Notes under the pieces: generated by a model
The model's input: only the letters and a program-made list of their open reading frames with translations
The model's database searches: none
What the model was told of the DNA's origin: nothing
DNA from: Eledone cirrhosa
Taxonomy: Eukaryota
Assembly (NCBI GenBank): GCA_964016885.1
Contig: OZ024741.1
Location: forward strand, 373,488,001 to 373,552,000
DNA length: 64,000 bases
Direction of reading: 5' to 3'
Shown: piece after piece, positions 40,781 through 53,350 of the stretch
How positions within the stretch are numbered: the first letter of the stretch is position 1
Layout: every line of letters begins with the position of its first letter
Position numbers and translations under genes: made by a program

Positions 40781-40972
40781 GGCGCTGGATTGGCAGTATC
40801 ATTAGAGGGTTGGATGGCATTCTTTGGAACATAGAGTTATGGCCCTTTACGGTCTGGGTTTAAATACCGCCGAGTTTAACTTGGTCTTTCATCCTTACGA
40901 GGTCAATAAAATAAAGTACCAGTAATGCACTGGGATAATTGCTGGCCTTGTGCCAAAAGTAGAAACAATTAT
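40781..40972 (+). mobile_element. tRNA-derived SINE ((ATT)n-tail family)
   Basis: Colinear with 7089-7313. Confidence 0.8.
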
Positions 40973-43900
40973 TTTTTTTATATTAATGTTAATCATAAAG
41001 AATAAAAAACATCATTTTTGATGACTTAGTGTTAAAAAATGATAACTAATGGTAAAATAAAAATATATTTTTAAAATGAGACACCCGAGGGTGTGTGACC
41101 CTAAGTTGTAGCTTATAGGTAAGTCCTGCACTGGTATATAGGCAATTACACCAAGGCATCACATTTTTATCCCCTTCCATACCCTATGTTTGGGCCAGCT
41201 GTTGGTTTAATACTTTTGTTAGTGTATTTTGAATTAAATAAATTAGCATGGGTTGGATGAGACACAGATGCCTTTTCTGACACTAACCCTTTTAGCTGCT
41301 TCTTATGGCATGCAGAGATACACACTCTTCCTATTCTAAACTGGATACACACAATAACAACAGAAGCTCCAAACTTGAACCTTGAGGCACAACACAGTAA
41401 TGTGAAACACAGGATTAGAAAGTAAATTGTCAATGACAAACTGAAGTAATGGTGAAACTGTTTTGAAACAGAATAGCAGAAACCAATAACGTAAAAAGAA
41501 ATACTATTTCATTTCAATATCAACATCAAAATCAATATTCAATATCAACCTCCAAGTCATTCAACAATTTCAAAAACATATACCTATTACTACTTCTAAC
41601 AAATTCTATTACAAATGTAAGTACAAGCCAGAATCATATATTTAGTAAACTACATCAATATAACAGTGTGTATATTTATAGGGCACTGAACAACCAACTG
41701 CTGTTCATATATCTTGTAGTGTCCGTGGCTAAAAACACTGAACCTTTCAATGACCCAGAGCATTGAGCTGTCAATAGGTACATTAGGATAAGAATCATTC
41801 ACCATCATCATTTAACGTCCACTTTCGCTACTATCAAGTTTTGGACAGGTCTACATAGACCAAGTCAGTACTAAAGTAGGGCTACTGACCTCCCAGACAA
41901 ACCGAGGGGTCTCTATATCCTGCTTACATAGGTCATTATCAAGTGCAGTGGGAGAAGTTGTGTCTTTTGACCAACCACTTTACAACATGTACAGAGTGTG
42001 TTTATCATGTAGATCATCAGTGTATTCTTTATACACTTACAATTCAAGAAAATCAAAAATAAACACTGTCTTGGTAATTTGTGAATGAATAGCCATTAAT
42101 ATAATACATATATATGACCAATTAGGAAGCAAATGGGTGGAGTCATTAGAATATCAGATAGAATGTTTTAGAATATTTGTTCCAGCTCTTTGTACACATT
42201 ATTCAAAACTGCCAAGGTCAATTTTGCCTTCCATCCTTTCCAAGTTGAAATATTACCAGTCAATTCTTCCTCTATATCTCTTTCTCACTCTCCCCGCTCT
42301 CTCTGAAAGAAATCAGCTGTGTTTAGATATAAAGATGGGATGGGCTTTGTCTAGTTTAAAAATAGCCCATGGCACACAATATGTCTTGGGCAATTTTAAA
42401 ACCCTATGACTATCAGGAGTTATGAACCCATAAATACATACATATGATCAATTAACTAATAAAGAATAATTTACAAATAAGTATGGTTTTTAAGATCAGC
42501 TTTTTTTTTTTAACAGTGAATATAGCATAGTACTAATATACACCAATATAAATGAGGGTGACATTACCTGATTCCACAGAGAAAGTAATATGGAAACCAT
42601 CCAAACATTCTATGATAACAAAAGCTTAGTCAAAACCTAATAGAATTTTTCAGAACTAATAATTTTTTTTCACCACTACATTGACTTCAATTTACACAGT
42701 TAGGAAACAATCCATGTGAAACCAAAATCAATAATTCCAAGTCATTAATTCACTGCCAATTTTGCCAACATTACCTCTGACTATGGGAAATTGAATTAAG
42801 CAGCTATGATAAATCTTTGAATTAAAGTCTCTGGCTGAAACCTAAGGTCAAGGTATTTTATTGCTGTCATTGTTCAGTAAGCGTTCAATCAAAACGAAAA
42901 GGTTTTGATTCACTAATCTTTACACAGTAAATTTTTATGTTTTCACTAACATTTTAAAAGTTTAACTATATTTAAGATTTTACTGCCATACTAAAAACAA
43001 CAAACCTATTCCCTTGGTCAGAGGGTTGACCATTATAGTATTAACTGCCTCACTTTGTAAGAACTACATAGATATTTATTTTAAAGAAACACACACAGAC
43101 ACAAAGAGAAACACAGAAATGACATCTGATCCTAGAGCAGACTTGGTCCTAGCAACTTGCAATATGACCAGAACTGGTAAAAGCCATCTAGAAGTCAGAT
43201 GTTTGAAGAATCTTAGAAACGTAAATGACATCTCACTATAGAGGAGAATTAGTCTTAGAAACTAATGAAACACATACAGAAGTTAGGTGTTTGAAAAATA
43301 TTTTTCTCAAGCTCCAAATGAAAATGTTCATTGGAGCATGGAATGCTTATGACATTATAGGTGGTCACAAATCCTCAAGGAAATAAAGATATACAACCTA
43401 GACAGTTTAGGTACAGATATCATTATTAAGCAAAATTTAGCACAAACTGCTATTGAAGGAACCAACTCATGGGAGATGCAGTAGAGGAAGAACTGATCAA
43501 ACATTCATTGATCAACTCTCAGATGATAGAAACCTCAGTAGGGAGTAGTTGCCAGGAGCAATGGAACATCGTGAATTGTGGAGGGACTTTGTCAGGAATA
43601 TTTGACTGTAGTCACAATGATGATGAAGACTTCAATGGAAGAGGGACAGCATTTTCTTCAAATTAAATGTATTTGTCATTTCCCTCCCAAAGGTTTTTAA
43701 ACCTTATATGCAAGGCACCATAATCTTTTAAGTGATTAGGGTCTTAAAAAGATTTAATCCAGCCCCAAGAAGGACTATGGATACTCAACAACTAATAATT
43801 GACTTAGTATATACCCACACACATATACTGCAATTAGATTTTCTTACATTAACACAAGAGGTAGGGTTTGGTTGATTATATCTACTTTGGTATCTGACAG

Positions 43901-44072
43901 ACAGTTATTTTGTTAACCTCCAGAGAAGGATGAAAATCAACCTCAAGAGAATTTGAATTATAAAGGGACATAACTAAATACTAAAGAGCATTTTGTTAGG
44001 GGTTTACCAATTCTACCTACCAATCACCCCTCCCATCCCATAATACTAGCAAAGAAAAAAAATGTTCAATAT

Positions 44073-44407
44073 GGAGGCACATGGCTTAGTGGTTCGAGCA
44101 TTGGCTTTGCAATCAAAAGGTTGTGAGTTCAATTCTCAGACCAGGTGATGTGTTGTTTCCTTGAGCAAGACACTTTATTTCACATTGCTCCAGTTTACTC
44201 AGCTGTAGAAATGAGATGATAGGGACTGGGGTCCCTATCATTCCACTGCAAAGTGGTTGTGGAGGTGCCATGACAAAAAAGCACCCAGCACTCACTGTAA
44301 ATGAGGTTGGTTGGTGTTAGGAAGGGCATCCAGCTGTAGAAATCAAGCCAAAATCAGTTCCCATCCCACCCTTGCAAGCAGGAAAAAGCAGACGTAAAAT
44401 GATGATG
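44073..44407 (+). mobile_element. tRNA-head CORE-type SINE with RTE-derived tail
   Basis: GGAGGCACATGGCTTAGTGGTTCGAGC head, B-box GAGTTCAATTCTC, CORE-like block, RTE 3' UTR and ATGATGAT tail. Confidence 0.85.
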
Positions 44408-46189
44408 TATCAATTACTGTATAATTGTTTCTGATATTAGCACAAGGCCTGCCAAATATATCAAGGAAAATCACTTATATAAACCCAGTACTTAACTGGT
44501 ACTTTATTTTATCAACCCTGGAAGGATGAAAGGCAATGTTGACCTTTGTGGAATTTGAACTTAGAATATGATCCGAAACAATTACCAAGGCATTTTTAAT
44601 CTGACACCCTAGTGACTCTGCCAATTTGCCAACTCTATATCCTTAACTGGATACACACAGAAAATCAAATTTGACAGAATCCCAAATGTAAAATTACAAC
44701 TTTTCAACTCAGCATTCAATGTTGAATTTACTGTAAAAACTTTTTTAAAAAACTGTAATGTGGGGATATAGGGAAGGAACACAACTGATAGTTTTATATT
44801 AATGTTTTTATAACCATATTTCTCATGAAATATGCTGAATGTATTTCAATTAAATTTGGAAATAATCAAGAATTTGGTAGATTTCAAAAACACCTCTTTC
44901 ATGATGCTGGTGTCAAGTTCTTACAAAATATTACAATGGAAGGTTTTTTTAGGTTGGTGGATTGGCAGAGTTGTTAGAGTTTGGACAAATGCTTTGCAGT
45001 ATTTATTCTGGCTCATATTCTGAATTGAAATCCTATTGATGTCACCTTTGCCTTCCAGTCTTCCGATATCAATAAAGTAAGTACTGAGGTTGATATAATC
45101 AACATACTTACCCTCCAAATTGCTAGCCTTGTTCCAATATTAAAAAAATTATAATGGAAGGCTTTTATTTAGATATGAACACTTTAAAGTAGCCAGTTTT
45201 ATCATAGGACCATGGGCAGTTTCAGGTGGGTTGGTATTGAAAGTGTTAAACTAAGGTAAAATACCAATGCTTCGACCACTTGAGGCATTGATCATAAAAT
45301 ATTGATTTCTATCAATGGCACAATTCCACCAATTTATAGTGAAAACAGTATGTATGGTTGAATCAATGCCAGTACATTATTAGTTATTACACAGACCTAG
45401 GGGGTAATGAGAAGCAAAGTGTTGAAATGTGCTAGAATGGGCTGAAAAAAGTTCATAGGCTGACTATGAAGGAGCAATGCTAGAGCTGTGAAATATAGCA
45501 TGCATTAATTTCAACTCTTCTTATTAATAACTGCATGCTTTCTTGCTAGGGATTATGTTGAAAAATAAACCTCATTTGATCATTCCTTGAGAGTCTCTTG
45601 GTCAGCCTATGAACATTTCAGTTGACCCTCATATACACAAACATCTGGAATGAAATATTAGAGTGTCAGAATGTATGTAAACAAGACGTGGCATCCCGGG
45701 CCCATCTGAGCACTTGGTAGAATGTGGAAACATATGTAAACAAAATGCTGGGGACCTGGCTGTCTGAGCACTCAATAGAGTGTGAGAACATATGTAGGTG
45801 TGATGCTGAGCCCCAACCCATCTGAAAGGTCAGTGGCTCCACTTGAGTGCTGAATGTGTCTGTGACGACCTGTCGAACTCTTGCTTGCAAGAAAGATGTT
45901 AAATGATGATGATGTTGATGATTTTATCTGGAACTTTACTATTTCTACCATTCCACCATCTTTAGTATTCTTAATAATATTTATTTCTTACTTATCCATT
46001 TTGAGAGATTAATTTGCAGGATTTTTATTTTATTTTTAGGGAAAGACTAGTTATGACAGGTACTTTATTTTATCAATCCTCAAAAGATGAAAAGAAAAGT
46101 CAAACATGTTAGGATTTAACTCTTTCAACACCAAACCCCTGATACTATGATACAAACCTGTTTACTCCAAGGTGATTTTATATATATAT

Positions 46190-48127
46190 ATGAAGGTCAC
46201 GGAAAAAGTAATAGCGCAACTAATCAGAGAGAGAATTGATCTAGATGAAATGCAGTTCGGGTTTGTGTCAGGCAAAAGTACCACAGACGCTCTTTTCATT
46301 GTACGACAACTACAGGAGAAGTACCTAGCTAAAAGTAAACCCCTATACTTAGCTTTTGTCGACTTTGAGAAAGCCTTCGACAGAGTCCCCCGCTCCATTA
46401 TCTGGTGGGCTCTTAGAAAACTAAGTGTTGACGAATGGCTTGTGAGAGCCATACAAGCCATGTATAAAGAAACAGTCAGCAAGGTTAGAATTAACAACGA
46501 ATATAGTGAAGAGTTTAGCGTAAAAGTTGGTGTCCATCAGGGCTCTGTTCTTAGCCCCCTACTATTTATTATTGCCCTTCAGGCTATAACAGAGGAGTTC
46601 AAGACCGGCTGCCCATGGGAACTCCTATACGCAGATGATCTAACGCTCATAGCTGAATCAATGGCCGAGCTAGAGAAGAAATTCCAAACATGGAAGCACG
46701 GCCTAGAATCAAAAGGTCTTAAAATTAACCTGGCTAAGACTAAAGTTCTAGTTTGTAGGAAAGAAAATAAGGCGCCGGTCCCCTCCGGGAAATGGCCATG
46801 CTCAGTGTGTAGGAAAGGCGTAGGTAGAAACTCCATTTTATGTCCCAAATGCAAAGTATGGGTGCATAAAAGATGTAGTGGGATCACATGTAAGCTAACT
46901 AAGAACACAGATTTTACATGTGGCCGGTGCTCTGGTGCAATAAGTAGCAGCAAGTGCCCACAAATACTAACTCTTTCAATTGCGCAGAGGGTTCTATAGA
47001 AATAGTGGACAGCTTCCGTTACCTGGGTGACAAAATCAGCAGTGGGGGAGGGTGCTCTGAAAGTACAGTAGCTAGAGTCAGAACTGGATGGAAAAAGTTC
47101 AGAGAGCTTATACCACTATTAGCCGCTAAAGGGTTCTCCCTAAAAATGAAAGGCAGGTTGTATGATGCCTGCATACGAACAGCAATGTTGCATGGCAGTG
47201 AGACCTGGGCATTGTGTGCAGAGGATATACGCAGACTAGAGAGGAACGAAGCTTGCATGCTCCGCTGGATGTGTAATAGTAATATACGTGAACGGCAAAG
47301 CATAAACGAACTAAGGAAAAAATTAGAAATAAGAGGGATCAGATGTTGTTTACTCGAGAGAAGGCTACGTTGGTATGGTCACGTGATGCGCATGAAAGAC
47401 GACAGCTGTATAACAAAGTGCAGGGCAATAAAGATAGATGGTAGCCACGGAGTAGGCAGACCCAGGAAAACCTGGGACGAGCTGATAAATTCCGACCTCA
47501 CACACTTATACCTCTCCAAGACAATGTCACTGGACCGAGACCTTTGGCGGTACTCAGTAACAGAGAAGATCCGCCTTACCTAAATACAAAGTAAAACCTA
47601 CTAGTCAGTAGGCATCTCTAACAAAATACACCCCCGTCCCACCCCACCCACACCACCCCCTTCAATGCAAAGTTATGTTGGTGCCACAACATCCAGGCCG
47701 AAACAAACGAGATCGTGTAGGTGTCACGACAAAAAAACACACAGTCCACGCTGTAATGTGGCCGTGTAGGCAACACGGTAAAAACCTCCCAGTCCCACAC
47801 TGTAAATGTGGTTGGTGTTAGGAAGGGCATCCAGCTGTAGAAAACCCGCCAGACAGTCCACGCTGTAATGTGGCCGTGTAGGCAACACGGTAAAAACCTC
47901 CCAGCCCCACACTGTAAATGTGGTTGGTGTTAGGAAGGGCATCCAGCTGTAGAAAACCCGCCAGACAGTCCTATGCGAGCAAGACAACCACTCTTGCCTC
48001 AAGTGGGAAAACCCCCGTCCAAACCCATGCAAGCGTGGAAGAGGGACGTTAAACGATGATGATGATGATGATGAAAACCCATGCTAGCATGGAAGATGGA
48101 CGTTAAACGAAGATGATGATGATGATG
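46190..48127 (+). mobile_element. RTE-clade LINE, subfamily B, 5'-truncated, with a 3' UTR tandem duplication and a second short tail
   Basis: ORFs 46172-46999 (RT, YADD, PHD-like) and 46954-47583. ~110-bp duplication in the 3' UTR. Two consecutive AACCCATGC...GGACGTTAAACGA(T/A)GATG tails. Confidence 0.93.
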
Positions 48128-48564
48128 AAAACCTTTCCATCATAATTTTATGCAAGAACTTTTGTTAAGTTATGCTCCAAATACCACCACAAGAATGAAA
48201 AGGTTAGTCATATTATTAAACCTCTCAAAATTATTGGATATTATCTAATTTATTTGTAATCATAGGCTGTGTATCTCACTGGTAATGTTGTAAGGGAATA
48301 GTTAAAGTGTTTCTATTTATCTAAAACCTTTCTGTCATAACTGTATGTAAGAACCTTTGTTAAGTTATGTTCCAAATGCCCCCATAAGAAGGTTTCTTAT
48401 ATTACTGAACTACCCCAAATTTTTGATTAATGAAATATAGTTATTTTGAAATTATGGGCTGTGATTTTCATTAGAAATATGGCAATGAAAAGGTTAAATC
48501 AGAAGATAAGGTGACATAACCATAAAACCAGATTAATACTGATCTTGTATCAACCTATAATAAT

Positions 48565-48985
48565 ACTGATTTAAATTTAGGCACAAGGCCAGCAAATTTC
48601 AGTAAAAGGCAAAGTTTATTAAATCTGTCACAGTACTTGATTGGTACTTTATTTTACCAACCTAGGAAGGATGAAAGGCAAATTTGAACTCTGCAGGATT
48701 TGATCTCAGAATGTAAAGAGCCAAAATAAATAATGTATTGGCATTTTATCTGATGTATTAAATAGTGATTTCTAGTTTAGGCACAAGGCCAGTAATTTTG
48801 GGGAGATGGGAAAGTCAATTAAATCAACCCCAGTACGTTACTGGTGCTTTATTTTATCGACCCCGTAAGGATGAAAAGCAAAGTTAACCTTGACGGGATT
48901 TGAACTCAGACCGTAAAGGACCATAACTCTATGCTGCAAAGCATGGTGTCCGACTCTCTACTGATACTGCTAATCCACTGCTCTT
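48565..48985 (-). mobile_element. Two tandem tRNA-derived SINEs
   Basis: GGCACAAGGCCAG, GGTACTTTATTTTA, AGGATGAAAGGCAAA and GGATTTGAACTCAGA blocks each occur twice. Confidence 0.75.
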
Positions 48986-49543
48986 ATGTACTACTAAATA
49001 ATACTGCCAATCCACCATTCTTAATGAGATTAAAAATAACTTAGTCTTTTAAAAACACACCATGTTAAAAGACTTGGTAGAAAGCCATTGTTAATATTTT
49101 TATCAACCATGTGTTAATAGATTCCATACAATGTTATATTGTATTTAGTTATTGGTTTCATATTTCACACAATTGATTATAGAAAAAGAGAAACCCACGC
49201 AGTTTAAAGAAATGAATGTGATTTCCTTGTTTCTGCTCATTTACTGAAATGAGGAAGAAAAGAATCTGATAATGGAAAGTAATATGTATATAGTGGTGCC
49301 CCACCATAATGGCAGTGCCCCAGCATGGCTTCAGCTTGTTGGCTGAAACATGTAATAGAATGATAGGATAATATATAGCATCAGCATCACCATCACATGC
49401 CTATTTATCCACGCTAGCAGATGTTAAATGAGTTGTCCTGTTCTGAGAAATACCTGGTCAGGTACAGAACTGATTTTGATGCCCTTCCTCATGCTAACCA
49501 CATTTAGAGTAAATACTGGGTGTTTTTGTTGTGACACCTACAT

Positions 49544-49605
<62 letters not shown>

Positions 49606-49942
49606 TCACATACACGACTTACACTCCACCCCAACATACACAATGGTTTTCCCAAACCCAAGCATGCAATCCCACTCTCCCCCAGACTCTCACACTTACA
49701 TCCACGCATACACACACACAAGTACACACACACAAGTACACACACACATCACCTTCCGTTCGGACCCTTTTTATCCTTCCCCCCTCTCCCCCTCCCCCCA
49801 CCACCACCACCTCTACATGCCTCGCCTCTTTTCACAACTTGTTTTTAACTTTTAAGTTTCATTTTCCACTTCGTTTTTTTTTTTCCACTAATTCCCCCCT
49901 CACTCCTTCTTGGAGTTCCTCCTCCTCCTCCCTCCCACTCTC

Positions 49943-49970
49943 CTGATGAAGGGCTTATGCCTAAAACGTC
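49943..49970 (+). ncRNA. Degenerate minimal hammerhead motif (Penelope-like pLTR type)
   Basis: CTGATGA-A-GGGC-TTAT-GCCT-AAAAC-GTC. The core GAAA reads AAAA, so it is probably inactive. Lies downstream of a pyrimidine-rich tract. Confidence 0.5.
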
Positions 49971-50116
49971 ACACCCACACCCCACTCTCATTAAGTGTGA
50001 ACCTAATACCTTTTGTAACTTTTACTCCTGCGTTGTTATTGTTTTTTACTTTTCTATAAATATATATATATATATGAACGGAAAAAATGAAACGAAATTT
50101 CATTTCCCACTCTTAG

Positions 50117-50508
50117 TACGGCTGTTACTTAAATATAAGTATGTATACGTACATACATATATGTATACAGACGTACAGTAGTATGTATATATATATATAC
50201 ATACATGCACACATATATATATGTACGTATGGATTTACCGAACATTTATTATAATGATCGGTGTGTTTGTAAACAAACATCCCGAATTAAGCCGTACAGT
50301 GTTTAGCAACCATCGTTGCTCTTTTGTTCAACACTGACAAAGGAACGCTGTACTAGTTTCAAGCTTATTAGCTATCATCAGCAACGTATACCTTCCTGCC
50401 AGATGATTGAACGTCTGAAAGTATATACTTTCCTGCATATTAACAGCTGAGCAGCCTAATTTCCATATCGATGTACGTATACATACTTATATTTAAGTAA
50501 CAGCCGTA
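50117..50508 (-). mobile_element. Short element bounded by perfect 38-bp inverted repeats and containing a hammerhead ribozyme (probable Penelope-like pLTR derivative)
   Basis: TACGGCTGTTACTTAAATATAAGTATGTATACGTACAT (50117-50154) is the exact reverse complement of 50471-50508. 50078-50131 recurs inverted at 59046-59099. Confidence 0.7.
50345..50387 (-). ncRNA. Minimal type I hammerhead ribozyme
   Basis: Minus strand reads ACGTTG-CTGATGA-T-AGC(taataa)GCT-T-GAAAC-TA-GTA|CAGCGT. Intact core, 6-bp stem I and a palindromic ACTAGT stem III. Confidence 0.8.
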
Positions 50509-50661
50509 TATATATATATATATGCATATGCTCCAAATGAACTTTAAATCACTGGATTGAAATCCCTAGATATTGATCTAAATATAAATTTATACATTTA
50601 TCTCCCAGTGAACTATATTACATTTAGAATAAGTTGAACTGTCATTATGTTTACCTTGTTC

Positions 50662-50850
50662 GGTGGATTGGCAGTATCGGTAGAGAGTCGGACACCATGC
50701 TTTGAAGCATAGAGTTACGTCCCTTTATGATCTGAGTTCAAATCTCGCCGAGGTTAACTTTGCCTTTCATCCTTACGGGGTCGATAAAATAAAGTACCAG
50801 TAATGTACTGTTTAATTGCTGGCCTTGTGCCTAAAATAGAAACAATTATT
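50662..50850 (+). mobile_element. Young tRNA-derived SINE with a 13-bp TSD
   Basis: TTTACCTTGTTCG at 50650-50662 and 50851-50863; B-box GAGTTCAAATCTC. Confidence 0.88.
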
Positions 50851-51345
50851 TTTACCTTGTTCGATTTATTTTTTATTGTTTGGTGTGCTGTATTTGTTTT
50901 CTATTTGAAAGCAAACTAGTTGAGTGCTGTGGCAATAATCATATTTTTTCAATGTGAATTTTCTTTGCCATCGTGTTACCCTGTGACGGTTGGACCTGAA
51001 TTACCTCTTCTTTGATGTGACATCATGCGTCACTAAAGGGTATTATGCTATCTTCACTTGCTACTAACAACTGAAGGAGTTAACATGCTATTTTCTGTCT
51101 TTCTCTAACAGGGAGGCGACCTCGCACTGATGAAACAGTTCCACACCTAATTACATAATGTGTACTATCACTACCTAATATTCTGCACATCACTGCACTT
51201 CTCATTCTCAGTGCACAACCAACCATTCGGGACCATGGAAACTGTTATAACAGTACAGGTACCATATAATCTTACCCACACAAAGTCGATTTCCTCATTG
51301 TTTGATGAAAGTGTGCACTCTGGCCAGCTAGGTTCATATTTTAAT

Positions 51346-51527
51346 AATTGTTTCTACTTTTGGAACAAGGCCAGCAATTACCCAGTACATTACTGGTACT
51401 TTATTTTATCGGCCATGTGTGGATGAGAGGCAAAGTTAACCTCGGCGGGATTTGAACTCAGATCCTAAAGGGATGTAACTATGGTGGAAAGCATGTCCGA
51501 CCTTCTGCCGATACTGCCAATTCACCA
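51346..51527 (-). mobile_element. tRNA-derived SINE inserted in a segment duplicated at 52173-52255
   Basis: Same family blocks as the other copies; the flanks join to match 52173-52255. Confidence 0.8.
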
Positions 51528-51569
51528 TACAAAATTAGATATCCATTGAGTGAGACTTGCTTCGTCTCC

Positions 51570-51679
<110 letters not shown>

Positions 51680-52259
51680 TACATATATATATATATATAT
51701 ACATATAATTTGGGAGGGTTATGCTGCCAGTAAAAACACATGCACCTGTTGGTTTTCATGTCAATTTATTACAAGTTTCCAGTTGGATGGTTTAATAACT
51801 GGATAGTTGTTTATTTATTGTCAAAACTCTTTCATCACACATTCTGTGACCTCCTCGGTGATTAATTTCTTATTTTGTGTCTCTCCTACACCATCTTCTT
51901 TTTGTGTGTTGTGTGCTGTGTATTTGGGTTGTGCATGTGTCATATCCAGGTGGGTGGGTGTTTTTATTTATCTATTTATATGTATATGTACTTGTCACTA
52001 GTTGGTTGCTTGTTTTATCTGTGTGTCTGTTTTGTTTTTTATTAGTTAAGTTCTTGTGAGTCTCTGTGTGTCTTTAGCGTGTCCTTAATTAGTTTGGTTC
52101 TTGTATGACTCTGTATGTCTTTAATTACTAGTTGTGATGTTGTTGCTATTCCACTCGTGTTTTCTGTTTAATTTTGATGAAAGTGTGCACTCTGGCCAGC
52201 TGGGTTTATATTTTAATAATACGAAATTAGATATCCATTGAGTGAGACTTGCTTTTGGT

Positions 52260-52950
52260 TGGAGTCCCAAGACTGTGCTCTGGGCACCCCACTTGTTATT
52301 AATGTTCCCTTTGAGAGGACCCCATTGGCTGCAATTGTCTAGCTTGTCTTTTAAGAAATCATGCAGCCACTCACTCACTTTTCCAGTTATACCAAGTCTG
52401 TGTAGTTTGTGACATATCATTCCATGGTCGACCTTGTCAAAGGCCTTCGCAAAGTCAAGATATATCACATCCACGTGTGCGCTGTCCAGCAGTTGTTTTA
52501 GTACCCAGTCATAGTGTTGTAAAGGTAACTTCTTCCTGGGTGAAAGCCATGCTGAGTACTAGTTAGACGGTTATTTTTCTCAAGGAATGTGTTTCTGAGG
52601 ATTCATTCCATGACCTTACTGATATGTAATGTCAGGGAGACTGGCCTGTTATTTTGACCTCCGCTCTGCTTCATCCTTTATCGATAGGGCATATTGTACC
52701 TTCTTTTACCTCTCTGGGTAGTTTACCACTAGCCAAAGAATTTCTCAAGAGGATCTCCAGTGGTCTTGCTAAGGCATGCTTACATGATTTTATTTTTTTT
52801 ACATGTTTTTAGGAGGACTGCTGGGAATCCATCAGGTCCAGCAGCTGAGTTTGTTCTAATTTCTTCTATGGCAGATATCACATCTTCCTCCGTTATGTCT
52901 ATGTGGTTGATGGTCGCCATTTCTTTGTGGAGTGTTGTGGCATTAAAGAT
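52260..52950 (-). mobile_element. Decayed CR1-group RT fragment
   Basis: NSAAGPDGFPAVLLK and DVIYLDFAKAFDKVDHG. Confidence 0.8.
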
Positions 52951-52961
52951 ATATGTATATA

Positions 52962-53350
52962 CTAGCAGCAGGACCCGGAGTTGCACAGGGTAGGAAACGT
53001 GAAATAGCAACACGCATATGCAAAGATTGAGGAATGTAGCTGTGTAAATTTTGAATTTCCTTATTCTCAAAAAATGATTGTTCATCTACTGGAAACGTAG
53101 AAAACCAGCAGGCCCGAATCGTGCAACATCTGCATGCATGTGCAAAATCTGAAGGAATTCAGTTGGTTACTCTTTAAGTGTATTAAATCTTAGAGTATGA
53201 TTTTTCTTCCATTTGGAGAAAATCGGGGGGTTAGGTACTTTTCAAGTTTTATAGATTCGCACCCAGTCATCCGGACACACATCACCAGTTATATCTATTG
53301 CACCTGCAATGCTTGAGTAAGACATGTCATGCAACCGCACAATGAAAAGA
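52962..53350 (-). mobile_element. Helitron 3' portion (non-autonomous)
   Basis: Minus-strand end ACCCTGTGCAACTCCGGGTCCTGCTG-CTAG|T. The 5' boundary is uncertain. Confidence 0.55.

Noticed and set aside
43236-43282. GAGGAG-ATTAGT(n7)ACTAAT-GAAAC possible ribozyme remnant
   Set aside because: No CUGA core and no clear stem I or III.
43469-43666. 65-aa ORF as a host exon
   Set aside because: Another frame resembles a decayed LINE C-terminus (IDQL..D...MEHRELWR) followed by a GAT-like tail; no splice or homology support.
44073-44145. tRNA genes at SINE heads (also 11925-11995, 58950-59000)
   Set aside because: A/B boxes are present, but there is no complete cloverleaf and the sequence continues into SINE core and tail.
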